Source: an uncultured Candidatus Peribacteria bacterium (GTDB lineage: Bacteria; Patescibacteriota; Gracilibacteria; BD1-5; UBA2023). Taken from it: a DNA stretch of 64,000 bases. The translations under genes were made by a program, and so were the position numbers. Under the pieces are notes generated by a model that was not told the origin of the DNA, did no database searches, and was given only the letters and a program-made list of their open reading frames with translations. The stretch is from positions 9,463 through 73,462 of the forward strand of contig CAZKLD010000007.1 of NCBI GenBank assembly GCA_964553745.1, written 5' to 3'. This document shows positions 48,422 through 59,479 of this stretch, one piece after another. Position 1 is the first letter of the stretch; each line of letters begins with the position of its first letter.

Positions 48422-51400
48422 TTGAACCGAGTTGGAAAAGTCCTTTTGGGCGCTCTTGAAAAAAAAGAGAGAGAGGGACAGATAGGTCATGCAAATACCA
48501 CCAAGTCCATAACGAATGAAACCTCAAAAATTTCTGCTTTATTGCAGACCCATTTTTCATCGAATGATTTAAGTGAAAAAGATATTGATCAATTGTTCGA
48601 ATATGCGATAGCATGAATTTCTGAGAATTGAGAAGACTGTAAATATTGTACAAAGTTGACTATGATCCTGCTTGATTATATCAAAAAGGAATTTTATTAT
48701 AAAAATACAAAGATAAACGCATGACTTCTCAATAAAGTCTTTGAGAACCCAAAATTGAAGCCATTCATTTATGCTTACCAAAAAAAACAGATCAGCAATC
48801 TATACAAGAATAAAGTAGAGCCTTTCTGAGAATTATCATACCTGCTCTGCACGCTATGAATGCCATATGAATACAATATCATCGATGATATGTACACTCA
48901 TGACTTCGAAGGAATCGGCCGATTCCTTGAAAGCAAGATCAAAATATTGGAGAATAACCCTACACAATTCGAAATCGATGAATTCTGTGCAATAATGGAT
49001 ATAGCAAATCAGATAACTAATATCCTAAGCATCAATGCTGAAGACAAAATCAAGTGACTTTGCTTTTTCAACAAAATCCTGCACTGAAAAACAAAAGAAG
49101 CCATAGAGAGATACATAGCATCAAAAGGAGTTGTCCTTAAGACTGGTATACAAATTCAAAGCGGTGTAGATTATGTCAAATGAGTAGGTGATTCTATGAA
49201 ATGAGAAGACTTATCGTGAGTGAAAAAATTACAGAACATTCTCTGAAAATATCTTTGCAATTATGCAGCCACGCTAGAATACATCACAACGGATAATGCC
49301 TCACAGGAAGATATAGACTGAAGGATCTGAAATATCCTTAAGAAAATAATGTACTGATTCTCTATCAGGGAAACTTCAGATTTCTGAGATAAACAATGAG
49401 CTGAACATGAGGAAGCAAGACTATGAGCAGAACTCGTAAGAGATGGTAATGTTGCTTTTTCGAAACTCATCAAAATCAAGAAACTAGAACAGATTTGAGT
49501 CGAGGATAGGCAGAATACAATGTTGAAATTCAACTGCATCGATGATCTCATCGCCATCTATAACTGAATGCAAGGTTTTTCTGGTATGAGATTTCAGAAT
49601 GAAGATGAGGTAATGGAACATTTCATCTGAGAGAACAAGCCCAGCTACAATCAGATTATAATAATCTATAAGCTGATACTATTCTGCAAATTCAAACCAG
49701 AAGTACTTACAAAGCTCATAAAGCACTTGATAAATAATGTTAAATCAAGAAGCACTTTCTTTGAAAAATTCAAGATAAAGACAATCGAACAGATACTCCT
49801 GAATTTCTCACAGGACAATGAGATATACAAGAAAGATGAATGTATGACTACTTTTTGATTGATAGAGGGTTACATAAATCAATCCAATAAGGAGAATCTG
49901 ATTTATAATTATTGAAAGCTATATTTATCCCTGGCATTGAATTATTCACTTGCAAAAAGCGATGAGACTATAGAGAAATCTCAGAAGCTGCTCCATATAT
50001 TCCTGGAGAAATACTGAAATAATCTCCCGATAGAACTGACGAGCCTGATTGAAAGAGTATACTCGAATATTGCGATTTTTGAGACAGAGCACACTGAGCG
50101 CCTTAGTTGAATAACTGAAAAAGCGCATTTTGTAAGCAAGTGAAAAAGGCTTTATGAAAGGCAGAAAAAGAATTTTTTGCTTGAGGAAAGAGAAAATTTG
50201 ATGAAATGAATAATGAAGATTATCGGTAGACTTCAGAAAAATGTCGCGAATATTACAAAATATGAAGACATCGAGCTTATACAGAAAGAAATATGCAAAT
50301 TGATAGAGACATCCGTTTACCATAACTTGTGCAAGATAACAATCGAACCTAAGGGCAAGGTCATAAAACCATGAAAACTCAAGAAGCATGCGATAATTGA
50401 CAGTGATTATTTTGATATAGTGTTTGTCTATGACGAGATATATGATTATACTTTCAATAAGATTTTCGAAAGCGAAAAAGACAACATAAAATGATGAATA
50501 CTCCAGCTTCTGGATCTCTACGAGAGCTTTGCCAACAATTCACAGAATTTAGGGGCGTTGACCCAGCTGGCATGAATGGTATTTGAAAGAAAAGACGAAT
50601 ATACCAAAGGGCACGTTACAAGGGTTGAAAAATTAAGCCTGATAATCTGAGGAACGCTATGATTGAGCCCCGACAGATTGTTGGATCTGAAATTGCAGGC
50701 ATTTTATCATGACTATTGAAAATACCTTGTGCCTGATGAGATTCTGAAAAATCCATGAAAATTATGCCAAGAAGAAATAGTGACAATGGCCAAACACTCA
50801 TGAGACTGAGTAATGCTGTGAATCGGTCTCTGACTCAATATAAAATACCTGGAATGAATGCCACATCATTCAAAGTTCTATTCAAACAATGGAGACCCGA
50901 GCTTAAGGTTTGTACATCTGGTGACCTCTATCAAGAATTGAGAAGAAATCGATGTGCATGATTTCACAAGGCTTCAATGAAGAAATATCCCTTTTGCAGC
51001 GAGGGTCATTATCATCTGAGATATAATAGATGCGATAGCGTCTCGTCGTATTTACGACAAAAGAGCCGGTTGGTCGATAGAGGATATCCTAATGGACATT
51101 GACAAGGAGCTCATAGGATGCGCTTGACTCAAAAGGGTCGGAGATTGATTTGAGATAATTGAAGGAATGTGGAAAAAGTGAAGTGAGAAGGACATGGGCA
51201 ATCCATGTGCAATAAAAATCAATTGAAAGATATATATTCCTGAACCCGATGCAACTATTTATTTCGATCCTGAGATAATCATAAAATTAGTCGGCAATAA
51301 GGAAGAATACGAAAAAATAAGGATTCAGATACAGGAATCAGATAAGAAAGCAATCGTAAGCAAAATTTCCGATTTTGAGACAAGCCTTGAACAATTGAAC

Positions 51401-51571
51401 GAAAAGAAGAGGATTTATGAGAAGCTTATATCATACAAGAGAGATGATGTTCCTGATGAGGTTTTCGATGAATTCAAATTTACCGAGAAAGATAAGGAAG
51501 ACTATGACAGAATCGAGGAAATGTTGGACAAGCAAAGAATCATATATAATACATACAGAAAAAAAGCCTAG
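48422..51571 (+). CDS. Large protein with C-terminal HD-GYP-like domain (about 700-aa N-terminal region of unknown function)
   Basis: Open from 48404. TTG 48422 is the first start-type codon and the first ATG is 48662. In frame with track ORF 48860. GHVTRVEKLSLIIGGTLGL..LQAFYHDYGKYLVPDEILKNPGKLCQEEIVTMAKHSGDGVML..MPHHSKFYSNNGDPS; TAG 51569-51571. Confidence 0.75.
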
Positions 51572-51587
51572 GATTCTAGGCTTTTTA
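51560..51587. terminator. Bidirectional terminator hairpin containing both convergent stop codons
   Basis: aaaaaaGCCTAGgattCTAGGCttttt; TAG of the + gene at 51569-51571 and TAG of the - gene at 51568-51570 lie inside the stem. Confidence 0.75.
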
Positions 51588-52761
51588 TTATGTCGTGATT
51601 CGTGAGTGCGAGATTCTTTAGGTCTTCTCTTAATTTAGACAAGGTCTTCTCTCATATCTTCCCTGCTCATTGGTCTGTCGAAGCTGTTACCAGTCATTTT
51701 GAAATTTGGTACTTGAGAATGCTTTCTTTTGTCTTAAGTCAGTAAATCGCAGTGTCTTTCTCTTTGAAATAACCGAGTACTTTGAGAGTTTTCTGGAGTT
51801 TCCTTACATGGCTTCAAACTTCATTTTCCTTGGGCAATCACATGCTATTTGTGATAGTTGTGACTTTTGATTCTATCATTGCAACTTCTTGAAGTCTGGC
51901 CTTTTCTTTTGCTAGCCTTATCTTCTCTTCATTGAGGAATGACAGATATCTGTCTGATAATGCCTTCTTTGTTGCCGGTCAATAGTTTCAGGCTCATTTT
52001 GATTTAACATCCTTCACTACGTTATTGTCTATCTGGAAGCTGAGAATCGCAACAGTCATATTGGTAGAGAATACTCAGTTTATGTCTCAGGAGAAATATC
52101 ATAATTCCGTCAGGATTTTCTGTGCCTGGATTATGATATCCTTTTGGCTTGTCTTTGTTATGGTTTGAGGGACGATATTTGAAATGCTGACTGTTTTTGG
52201 GGTTGTGACAGAAGAATTCTTTCAGACAAGAGCTGCATTCTTGAGGCTTTCATAATCAATTGCTCAGATCTTGAAATTCTCGATTGCAATCGAAGGCAGG
52301 GATTCTTCTTGGCTTTTTGCTATCACTCTTCCGTAAACAGCCCTTTTTCACCAAGTAAGAGCTCTTTTCAATCACTCATCCCCATACCCCATCCACACAT
52401 CTATCCTATCGGCATCATATCCCCTGCTTCATGATCAGACGATTGCTCATCATCTGTCTTCTACAGTTCAGATTCACACTCACTCAAGAAATATTTTGGT
52501 TCAAAAGGCGTACGACTTAGGTGCGGCTAACATTCATGGATGAACCGCTTTTCAGCTTGCTCAGTTCTTCCCTTCTCAATTAAGCTTTACCTCATCGGCA
52601 AAATTTCATCTAAGGTAGAATTGCTGGTCAGGAAGCGGAGAGTAATATGCAGTTACGTAGAACTTCTTAAGTTCTCAGACATCTTGATTATCTGCGAATA
52701 AATAACTCCAGGAATTGAATATGAACGGTAGCACAGGAAGCATCTTTAAAAATTTTTTCAT
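51568..52761 (-). CDS. 3D-domain (MltA/YuiC-like) protein with two peptidoglycan-binding (PG_binding_1-like) repeats
   Basis: MKKFLKMLPVLPFIFNSWSYLFA signal. YVTAYYSPLPDQ..NGEGKNGASGKAVHPGMLAAPKSYAFGTKIFLEGVGIGTVEDRGGAI..DRIDVWMGYGDEGLKRALTWGKR. IIIQAQKILTELGYFSGDINGVF and VRKLQKTLKVLGYFKEKDTAIYG; stop cta 51568-51570. Confidence 0.8.
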
Positions 52762-53071
52762 AGTAGTCCGATTAAAACAAATAGCTTTTAATGCAAATAT
52801 GCTTTGATTTTACCATATCTGTATTGAAAAAAGCAAAGATAATGATATTGACAATGTTTGTATTTTGTTTTTTATTTTGATAATGCAGCTAAATTATCAG
52901 AAAGAAAGCCAGAATATATAAATAGTGAGGTTGTGGAAATCAAAAATTAAATTTGCATTATGGAAAATATATGTAAAATGGGGGCATAATCCTGAAACGA
53001 AGAATTTGGCCTGGTCAGATTCTTTTTTTATAGGACTAAGGGATAATTTAATCATTTTAATCAAAATAATT

Positions 53072-54133
53072 ATGCTAGATATAAAGAAAATCGAAGCTGC
53101 GATAAATCAGATTTCCGCAGAGAAGAAAATAGACAGACAGAAACTGATTGAAATAATCGAACACGCAATCAAGACGGCATACAAAAAAGACTACTGAAGC
53201 AAGGACACAAATGTGAATGTTGCCATAGATGTAGAAACTTGAACGATAGAGATCGGTGTAGAGAAAGAGATAGTGGAGACTGTAGAGAATCCATATACGC
53301 AGATTGCAAAATCTGATTTGTGAGATGATGCTGATTCGTTTGAATATGGAGATACTGTAGAAATCGATGTATCCGACGAGGTCATGGGGAATGAGGAATG
53401 ATTCGGACGTATAGCTTCTCAAGCTGCAAGACAAGTTATAATACAGAAAATCCAAGAATCAGAAAAAGAGAAGATATACAACCTATTCAAGAATAAAGAA
53501 GGTGAAATCGTAAATCTTAAGATAGAGCTCGTTGAGAAGAATAAAGTCTTGCTTGATTACAACGGAAACTCAATAGTATTGCCGAAATCTGAACAAGTCG
53601 CAAAGGATAAATATGCACCAGGACAGAGAATTTATGTTTATGTATGAAAAGTCGAAGAAGATTCGATAACGGGTCCTAGAGTCACTCTTACGAGAAAAGA
53701 TAAGAATCTCGTTGCAAAATTATTTGAAATGAATGTTCCCGAACTTGAAGACGGAACTGTTGAGATTATCAGAATCGCGCGTAATCCAGGATTCAAGACA
53801 AAAATCATAGTCGGATCTGAATATGAGGAAGTGGATCCAGCCGGTTCTCTGATCGGACCTAAGGGTATCCGTGTTAAAGCTGTAGTGGATGAGCTTTTCG
53901 GCGAGAAAATCGATATCATCAATTATACCGATGACATGAAAGAGCTTATCAAGAAAGCGCTTAGTCCTGCACAGATAAGCGATGTAAAGATAGACATGGC
54001 AAATCATGAGGCTACTTGCTATGTGCTATGAGAAGAGAAGGTTAAGGCAATCGGTAAGGGAGGAGCGAATATCAACCTTGCTGTTGAGCTTACTGGCTAC
54101 AAGATCAGCCTAGTTTCTAATGATGAAGTTTAA
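53072..54133 (+). CDS. nusA: Transcription termination/antitermination factor NusA
   Basis: MLDIKKIEAAINQISAEKKIDRQKLIEIIEHAIKTAYKK..; S1 GEIVNLKIELVEKNKVLLDY; KH ..TLTRKDKNLVAKLFEMNVPELEDGTVEI..GFKTKIIV..DPAGSLIGPKGIRVKAV..GEKIDII..AIGKGGANINLAVELTGYKI; TAA 54131-54133. Confidence 0.92.
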
Positions 54134-54272
54134 GATAATAGAGAGATAAATTTTAAAAACCAGATTTCTCAGGAAATCTGGTTTTTATTAATTATTTGAA
54201 TTCAATGATTTTTGGAGTACTATAAGTCTGCCTTTGGGCACAAATATTAATATAAAATTAACCGTTAAAAAA

Positions 54273-54743
54273 ATGGCTACAGACAAATTGAAGGTTTTGA
54301 TGCTGCAGAGATTGGCATGAGTAGGAAAACAATGAGAGATAATCGATGTAAGCTATTCACAAGCCAAAAATTATCTTATCCCGAAATGATATGCGAAGCT
54401 GGTCACAGCGCAAGAAGTCGAGAAATTGGAAAATAAAAAGGAAACTCAACTGAAAAATACAAGAGAAAATATATTCAACAGGCATAAGATTGCTGAGGCG
54501 CTTCATGGCAAAGAGGTTGTATTCGAAGCTAAATGAAGCTGAGAGAAGATTTTCTGATGAATCCAAGAACAGGATATCGCTGATAAGCTGAATAAGGAAT
54601 TCGGCTGCAAATTGGAAAAGAAAAATATAATAATGCCGGATAAGCACCACATTAAGAAAGCCTGAAAATATGATATAAAATTGAACCTGTGAAGCGATGT
54701 GTATGCGAAGATAGTCTTGGATTTAAAAATAATGGAAAAATAA
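54273..54743 (+). CDS. rplI: 50S ribosomal protein L9
   Basis: MATDKLKVLMLQRLAGVGKQGEIIDVSYSQAKNYLIPKGYAKLVTAQEVEKLE..; TAA 54741-54743. Confidence 0.85.
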
Positions 54744-54747
54744 ATAA

Positions 54748-55146
54748 ATGAATTGTTTAGGAATAGATTACGGAACGAAAAAATCTTGATTGGCTGTTAA
54801 TTTCTCGGATATTGCGATGCCTCATTCAATAGTATCGACAGATGCCCTCATAAATGAAATCATGAAATTGATTCCAGAAAGAAGTATCGAAACTATCGTG
54901 CTTTGAGTCGCTGACCATCCAGACTGAAGGATATCTGAAATTTCAAAAAAAATACGCGCCTTTTCTACGATTCTCGCGAAGAGATTGCCTGTTGGCGTAA
55001 GCGTAATACTGCATGATGAGAGATTCACCAGTTTTGAAGCTGCAAAAAGCATGGAACTGGCATGAGTGAAGAAATTCGACCCTAATAACCTTGATGATGT
55101 CGCAGCAAGCATAATCCTCCAATCATACCTGGACAGCTTGAATTAA
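54748..55146 (+). CDS. ruvX: Putative pre-16S rRNA nuclease / Holliday junction resolvase-like YqgF
   Basis: MNCLGIDYGTKKSGLAVNFSDIAMPHSIV..IETIVLGVADHPDGRISE..ILHDERFTSFEA..LDDVAASIILQSYLD; TAA 55144-55146. Confidence 0.85.
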
Positions 55147-55196
55147 GCAAAAGAATAGGCAATAGGTAATAATTTATAAAAATTAATTTAAGTAAG

Positions 55197-55901
55197 ATGC
55201 ATATCTGATTTGTTATGGACGGCAATCGCCGTTGGGCAACTTCACATAAGATGATAAAACTTCTCGGGCACTCAAAATGATCTGATAATGTTGAGAATGT
55301 CCTTAAGATGTGCTTGGACGAATGAATAGAATACGTCAGCATGTGGGTGATTGCAAAAAAGAATCTTGAAGAAAGGAGTCAAGAGGAATTGGAGCATCTA
55401 TTCTCGCTAATCAGGAGGAGGATTCCAGAAATGTTGCCGAAATTCCTGAAAAATGGAGTGAGATTTGAGACTATCTGAAATAAGGATCTGCTTCCCGATG
55501 ACATCAATCGAATCCTCGAAGACGCTGAAAAAAAGACAGCCAATGAATCAAAGATAGTATTTATACTTGCTGTATGATACGGATGACAGGATGAGATTGT
55601 AAGGTGAGTTAAAAACTATATAAAGGACAACCTTGAAGCGATCATGAATTGATGATTTGAGGAAATTGTAAATAAGCTTAATGAAAAGAAATTTTGAGAA
55701 TATCTTGATACTTGAAAATATCCGCCGCCGGATCTTATAGTAAGGACATGATGAGATGTCAGGACTAGCTGATATTTCTTATTTCAGTCAGAGTACTCTG
55801 AATATTATTTCACTTCGACTCTGTGGCCGGATTTTGACAAGATCGAATTCCAAAAAGCTCTTCTTAAATACAATAGGTCAAATAGGAATTTCTGAAAATA
55901 A
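55197..55901 (+). CDS. uppS: Undecaprenyl (isoprenyl) diphosphate synthase
   Basis: [102 protein letters not shown]; TAA 55899-55901. Confidence 0.92.
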
Positions 55902-55981
55902 TTAAGGTTAATATTGATTTTGGACGTATTTATGCATTAGGCATGAACGCATATTGATCACATTGATAATAATTATAGATT

Positions 55982-56012
55982 AAAAAAATGCTTCTTAAGA
56001 AGCATTTTTTTT
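55982..56012. terminator. Bidirectional terminator
   Basis: aaaaaaATGCTTCttaaGAAGCATtttttttt between uppS (+) and the receiver gene (-). Confidence 0.85.
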
Positions 56013-56014
56013 AA

Positions 56015-56398
56015 TTATTGTGTCTGAAGTTGTACCTGTTCTTTTACGTAATTAAGCATAGCCATCAGTCATTGAGGTTTTGCGAAAATATGATTCATTC
56101 AACTTCCTTTGCATTCTTCCTCTAGCTTAGGATGAACATTCCCGCTGAATCAGACGATGATACAGTCATTACCCGATTCGCGCAATTCTCTAGTTGCTTT
56201 TATTCAGTCTTTGATGGGCATCTCAATATCCATTATTATAACATTGAATCTATATCTGGTCGCTTTTGTCACGGCCTCTGCACCATTTGACGCTTCGGCT
56301 GATTCAATTCACATTCAAGAGAATAAATTGAGGAGAAGTTCTCTGTTCTGTTTAATATCGTCAACTACCAGAATCCTGTTTCATTTAAATGATTCCAT
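56015..56398 (-). CDS. Stand-alone response regulator receiver domain (CheY-like, 127 aa)
   Basis: MESFKGNRILVVDDIKQNRELLLNLFSGMGIESAEASNGAEAVTKATRYRFNVIIMDIEMPIKDGIKATRELRESGNDCIIVGFSGNV..; acidic pocket DD and phospho-acceptor D in MDIEMP; cat 56396-56398, tta 56015-56017. Confidence 0.85.
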
Positions 56399-56584
56399 TT
56401 CTTTTTTATTTTATTGTTGAAATTAATTGAGAAAATCCATTATTGGGATTTCTGTCATCTGGAATAGTATTAAAGTATTGCGATGTGTCAATAGCAATTA
56501 GCCATGTTTGCAATTGACAATTTTTGCATTTGCATTTAAGTATATTTTTGTTATAAATATGAAAACATTTAACGCACTATAAAT

Positions 56585-57502
56585 ATGAAGCCGATTAAAT
56601 TAGATCAACATATTCATTCGAGTGTTGATTGAGACGATATTATTATTGAAAAGATAAAGGCTCAAAGGCTTGATTTTGCAGTAATCACTGATTTAGACAG
56701 CATAAATGAAGGACTGCAGCAAAAAATACAGCAAAACTGAATATGAGGCTGCTATTGAGTGGAAATGCCCGTTCTCTGACCTGAGGGAAGTGAAATTCAT
56801 TTGCTCCTATATACAAAAAAACGATTCTGAAAATGAATATTAGATATATTGGATGGAAATATCGAATATAGGAAAATGATCCTCAGAAGAAAAATGCAAA
56901 GTCTTAATGAAAGTTTTTTTGAAATAGATGAAGAGTGTTTTTTCAGTTCAGTGAGAGCAAAATCATGAGAAAGCTACAGATTTGGCAGATATGATTTAGC
57001 CAGATATATTTTTTCAATTGCAAAGCACAGGAACAAGGTATTTGAGATATTATGAAGAGAAATAAGCGCAGAGGATTTCTGAGAGCAATTCTTAGAAGAT
57101 TATGATGAAAATCCTGAATGCGATTCTCGCTTCCATTGACAAGAACTTCCTCGACTCCAAGATATCACCAGAAATGTGGACTCAAGGTGTACCGTAATCA
57201 GTCTGGCTCACCCGCATCTGTTATTCAAAAACACTCAAGAATTCAGAAGGAGGATTTGACTTTACTTGGATTTAGGTATAAATGGATTAGAGATAAGCTC
57301 TTGTGCGCATAAGACATGGGAACATGAAATCATAAATGCGAATAAAGCACATTGAGCCATTCTCACTTTCTGAAGCGATTATCACTCAGAAAGCGAATTG
57401 AATGAAGGAAATCATTGAGATATCTGACAATTGAATCCTGAGCTCAATAACAAGATAATATTAGAGAACTATAAAGAATTCATAAGTGTGATTAATTCGT
57501 AA
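56585..57502 (+). CDS. PHP-domain metal-dependent phosphoesterase (TrpH/YciV-like)
   Basis: MKPIKLDQHIHSSVDGDDIIIEKIKAQRLDFAVITDLDSI..EIHLLLY..VISLAHPHLL..GLEISSCAHK..ILTFGSDYHS; TAA 57500-57502. Confidence 0.7.
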
Positions 57503-57512
57503 ATTTGCGTAT

Positions 57513-57977
57513 ATGTTTACATTACCGAACGGAGCACACCTGCATCTTCTGATCAATCACTTCCCAATAATGGGTTTGATATTCTGATTATGACTACTGG
57601 CATTTTGAATATTTGCAAAGAATAAGAGCCTTATAGCTGCCTCATATGTTTTTTTCATACTTTCAGCCCTTTCTGCTATCGTAGCTTTTTTGACTTGAGG
57701 ACTTGCAGCTAATGTGGTTATTGACTTGGAATGAACGAATAGGTCAGCATTAAGGCTTCATTATGAGGCTGCACAACTTGTGACCCCATGAATCATCCTG
57801 CTCTGACTGATATCTGGCGTTTGATTATATCTGAGACTGAGATCGAAAAAGGATTTCATGGTAATATACATCCTTATTTTTTCATTTTTAATGACTATCG
57901 GAGTATCCTATGTATGATATTTGGGATGAGAGATAAGACACCCGGAATTGAAAATCCCGAATAGCAGCGTCAGATAA
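57513..57977 (+). CDS. DUF2231-like membrane protein
   Basis: MFTLPNGAHLHLLINHFPIMGLIFGLGLLAFGIF..; four TM segments; ..YLGGEIRHPEL; TAA 57975-57977. Confidence 0.6.
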
Positions 57978-58146
57978 AATGCTCAAATTAGAATTGACAA
58001 ATGGACAAAGAAGCGTATTTTATGGACGCATCAGATATTTTATTATAGGCATATGCAGAGAAAAGCATTAAAAAATACAACTTCACTACTACTAGTGCTC
58101 CTTGATAACTCAATGAGGATATTTTTGTAATGCATTAAAAGACAAT

Positions 58147-58181
58147 CAAAAATCTCCTCGGCACCCGAGGAGATTTTTTTA
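58147..58181 (+). terminator. Rho-independent terminator
   Basis: aaaaATCTCCTCGGcacCCGAGGAGATttttttt. Confidence 0.85.
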
Positions 58182-58203
58182 TTTATACATTAATCCACTT
58201 ATT

Positions 58204-58359
58204 ATGACAATTCCCAATAAAGACAATAGCGGATGCATAGATCATGAAAAAGGCATCCAGATGATATGCGAACATTGTCCTATTGATTTCAAATGAACGA
58301 AGGAAATCTGCAAAACAATCAAATCCTTAGCTCTGCAAGCGATTCAGAAAGGGAATTAA
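58204..58359 (+). CDS. Small Cys-containing hypothetical protein (51 aa)
   Basis: MTIPNKDNSGCIDHEKGIQMICEHCPIDFKGTKEICKTIKSLALQAIQKGN; starts 23 nt after a strong terminator; short, so weakly supported. Confidence 0.35.
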
Positions 58360-58417
58360 TTTGATAAAAAAACATATTCCATATAATAGCTCCGTTTAGA
58401 TCAAAAAAAGACTTCCG

Positions 58418-58882
58418 ATGATTCAAGCTAACTTGGTTTTTGTTTTTGATAAGTCATGAGAGAATATACTTCTCTGCATGAAAAAAAGGGGTTTCTGAGT
58501 CTGAAAATGGAATTGACCATGATGAAAAGTTGGTATATGAGAAAGTATGACAGAATGAGCGAGCCGTGAATTATCAGAAGAAACATGAATAGATATTGCT
58601 CCTGAAAAACTAGAATACAGGTGAGTATTGCATTTTTTCCATCATGAAAAACCTGATTGGGATCAGGATGTTAATATTTTCTGCCATCATTGATACGATT
58701 GAGGATTCTGCGAGACTGAAGAAATGCTCCCTAGATGGTATAAGCTAGATGAGATACCCTATGATGAGATGTGGGAAGATGATAGGATATGGCTCCCGGT
58801 GTTAATCTCTGGAGAACAATTCGAATACACATTCAAATTCTGACCCGATTGAAAAATAATGGAATGATTAAGGCATAATTAA
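58418..58882 (+). CDS. NUDIX hydrolase (MutT/MTH1-like)
   Basis: Nudix box GKWNGPGGKVGIGESMTEGASRELSEETGI; several box glycines are TGA codons; TAA 58880-58882. Confidence 0.85.
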
Positions 58883-58898
58883 AATTAACCTATATAAT

Positions 58899-59342
58899 AT
58901 GGAAGAAGTAAAGAAAAAAGTAGGAGCAGGATTCTGAGTCATGCTCTTCAGTGAAGGAAAAATCTTATTGTGAAGACGTCATGTCGATCCTGAGAAAGCA
59001 TCTAGCGAAATGAATTGAGCCTGAACCTGGACTATGCCAGGCGGGAAATTGGAATTCGGAGAAAGCTTTGAGGAGGGGTGAATAAGGGAAGTGAAAGAAG
59101 AAACTTGAATTGACCTTAAGAGCGTCAAAGTGATTTGCGTAAATAATGACAGAATAGAGACAGCTCATTTTGTAACCATATGAATGTTCTCTGATGATTT
59201 CGAATGAGTTCCGAAAGTGATGGAGCCCGATGAGATAACAGAGTGGAAATGGTTCGGCTTGAATGATTTGCCGGAAAATGTATTCCCGCCAAGCGTAAAA
59301 GTCTTGGAGAATTATCGGAAGAATGCATTCTACATATGATAA
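58899..59342 (+). CDS. NUDIX hydrolase
   Basis: Nudix box PGGKLEFGESFEEGGIREVKEETGI; ATG 58899, TAA 59340-59342. Confidence 0.85.
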
Positions 59343-59479
59343 TGCCAATTGATTTCTGTTATATTATGCATTCTGGAAGCAAGGTCAGAATAAGAATGAT
59401 AATCCGGTAAAAAACCTTGATTATATCCAAGTTTTGCATATAGTGAAAAGCACAATATTTATAAAATTTTTCAAGCACA

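Noticed and set aside
52925-53071. N-terminal extension of nusA suggested by track ORF 52925-53197
   Set aside because: The extension (MRLWKSKIKFALWKIYVKWGHNPETKN..) starts at a non-ATG codon and has no NusA similarity. MLDIKKIEAAINQISAEKKI at ATG 53072 matches the usual NusA N-terminus.
56339-56341. Apparent 1-nt frameshift in the response-regulator gene
   Set aside because: This was my own misreading of one base. Re-checking against the ORF-track translation of the opposite strand (ORF 56157-56420) restores ..DDIKQNRELLLNLF.. in a single frame of 128 codons.
57978-58147. Short ORFs (15-26 codons) between the DUF2231-like gene and the terminator
   Set aside because: Too short, with no motifs and no clear translation signals.
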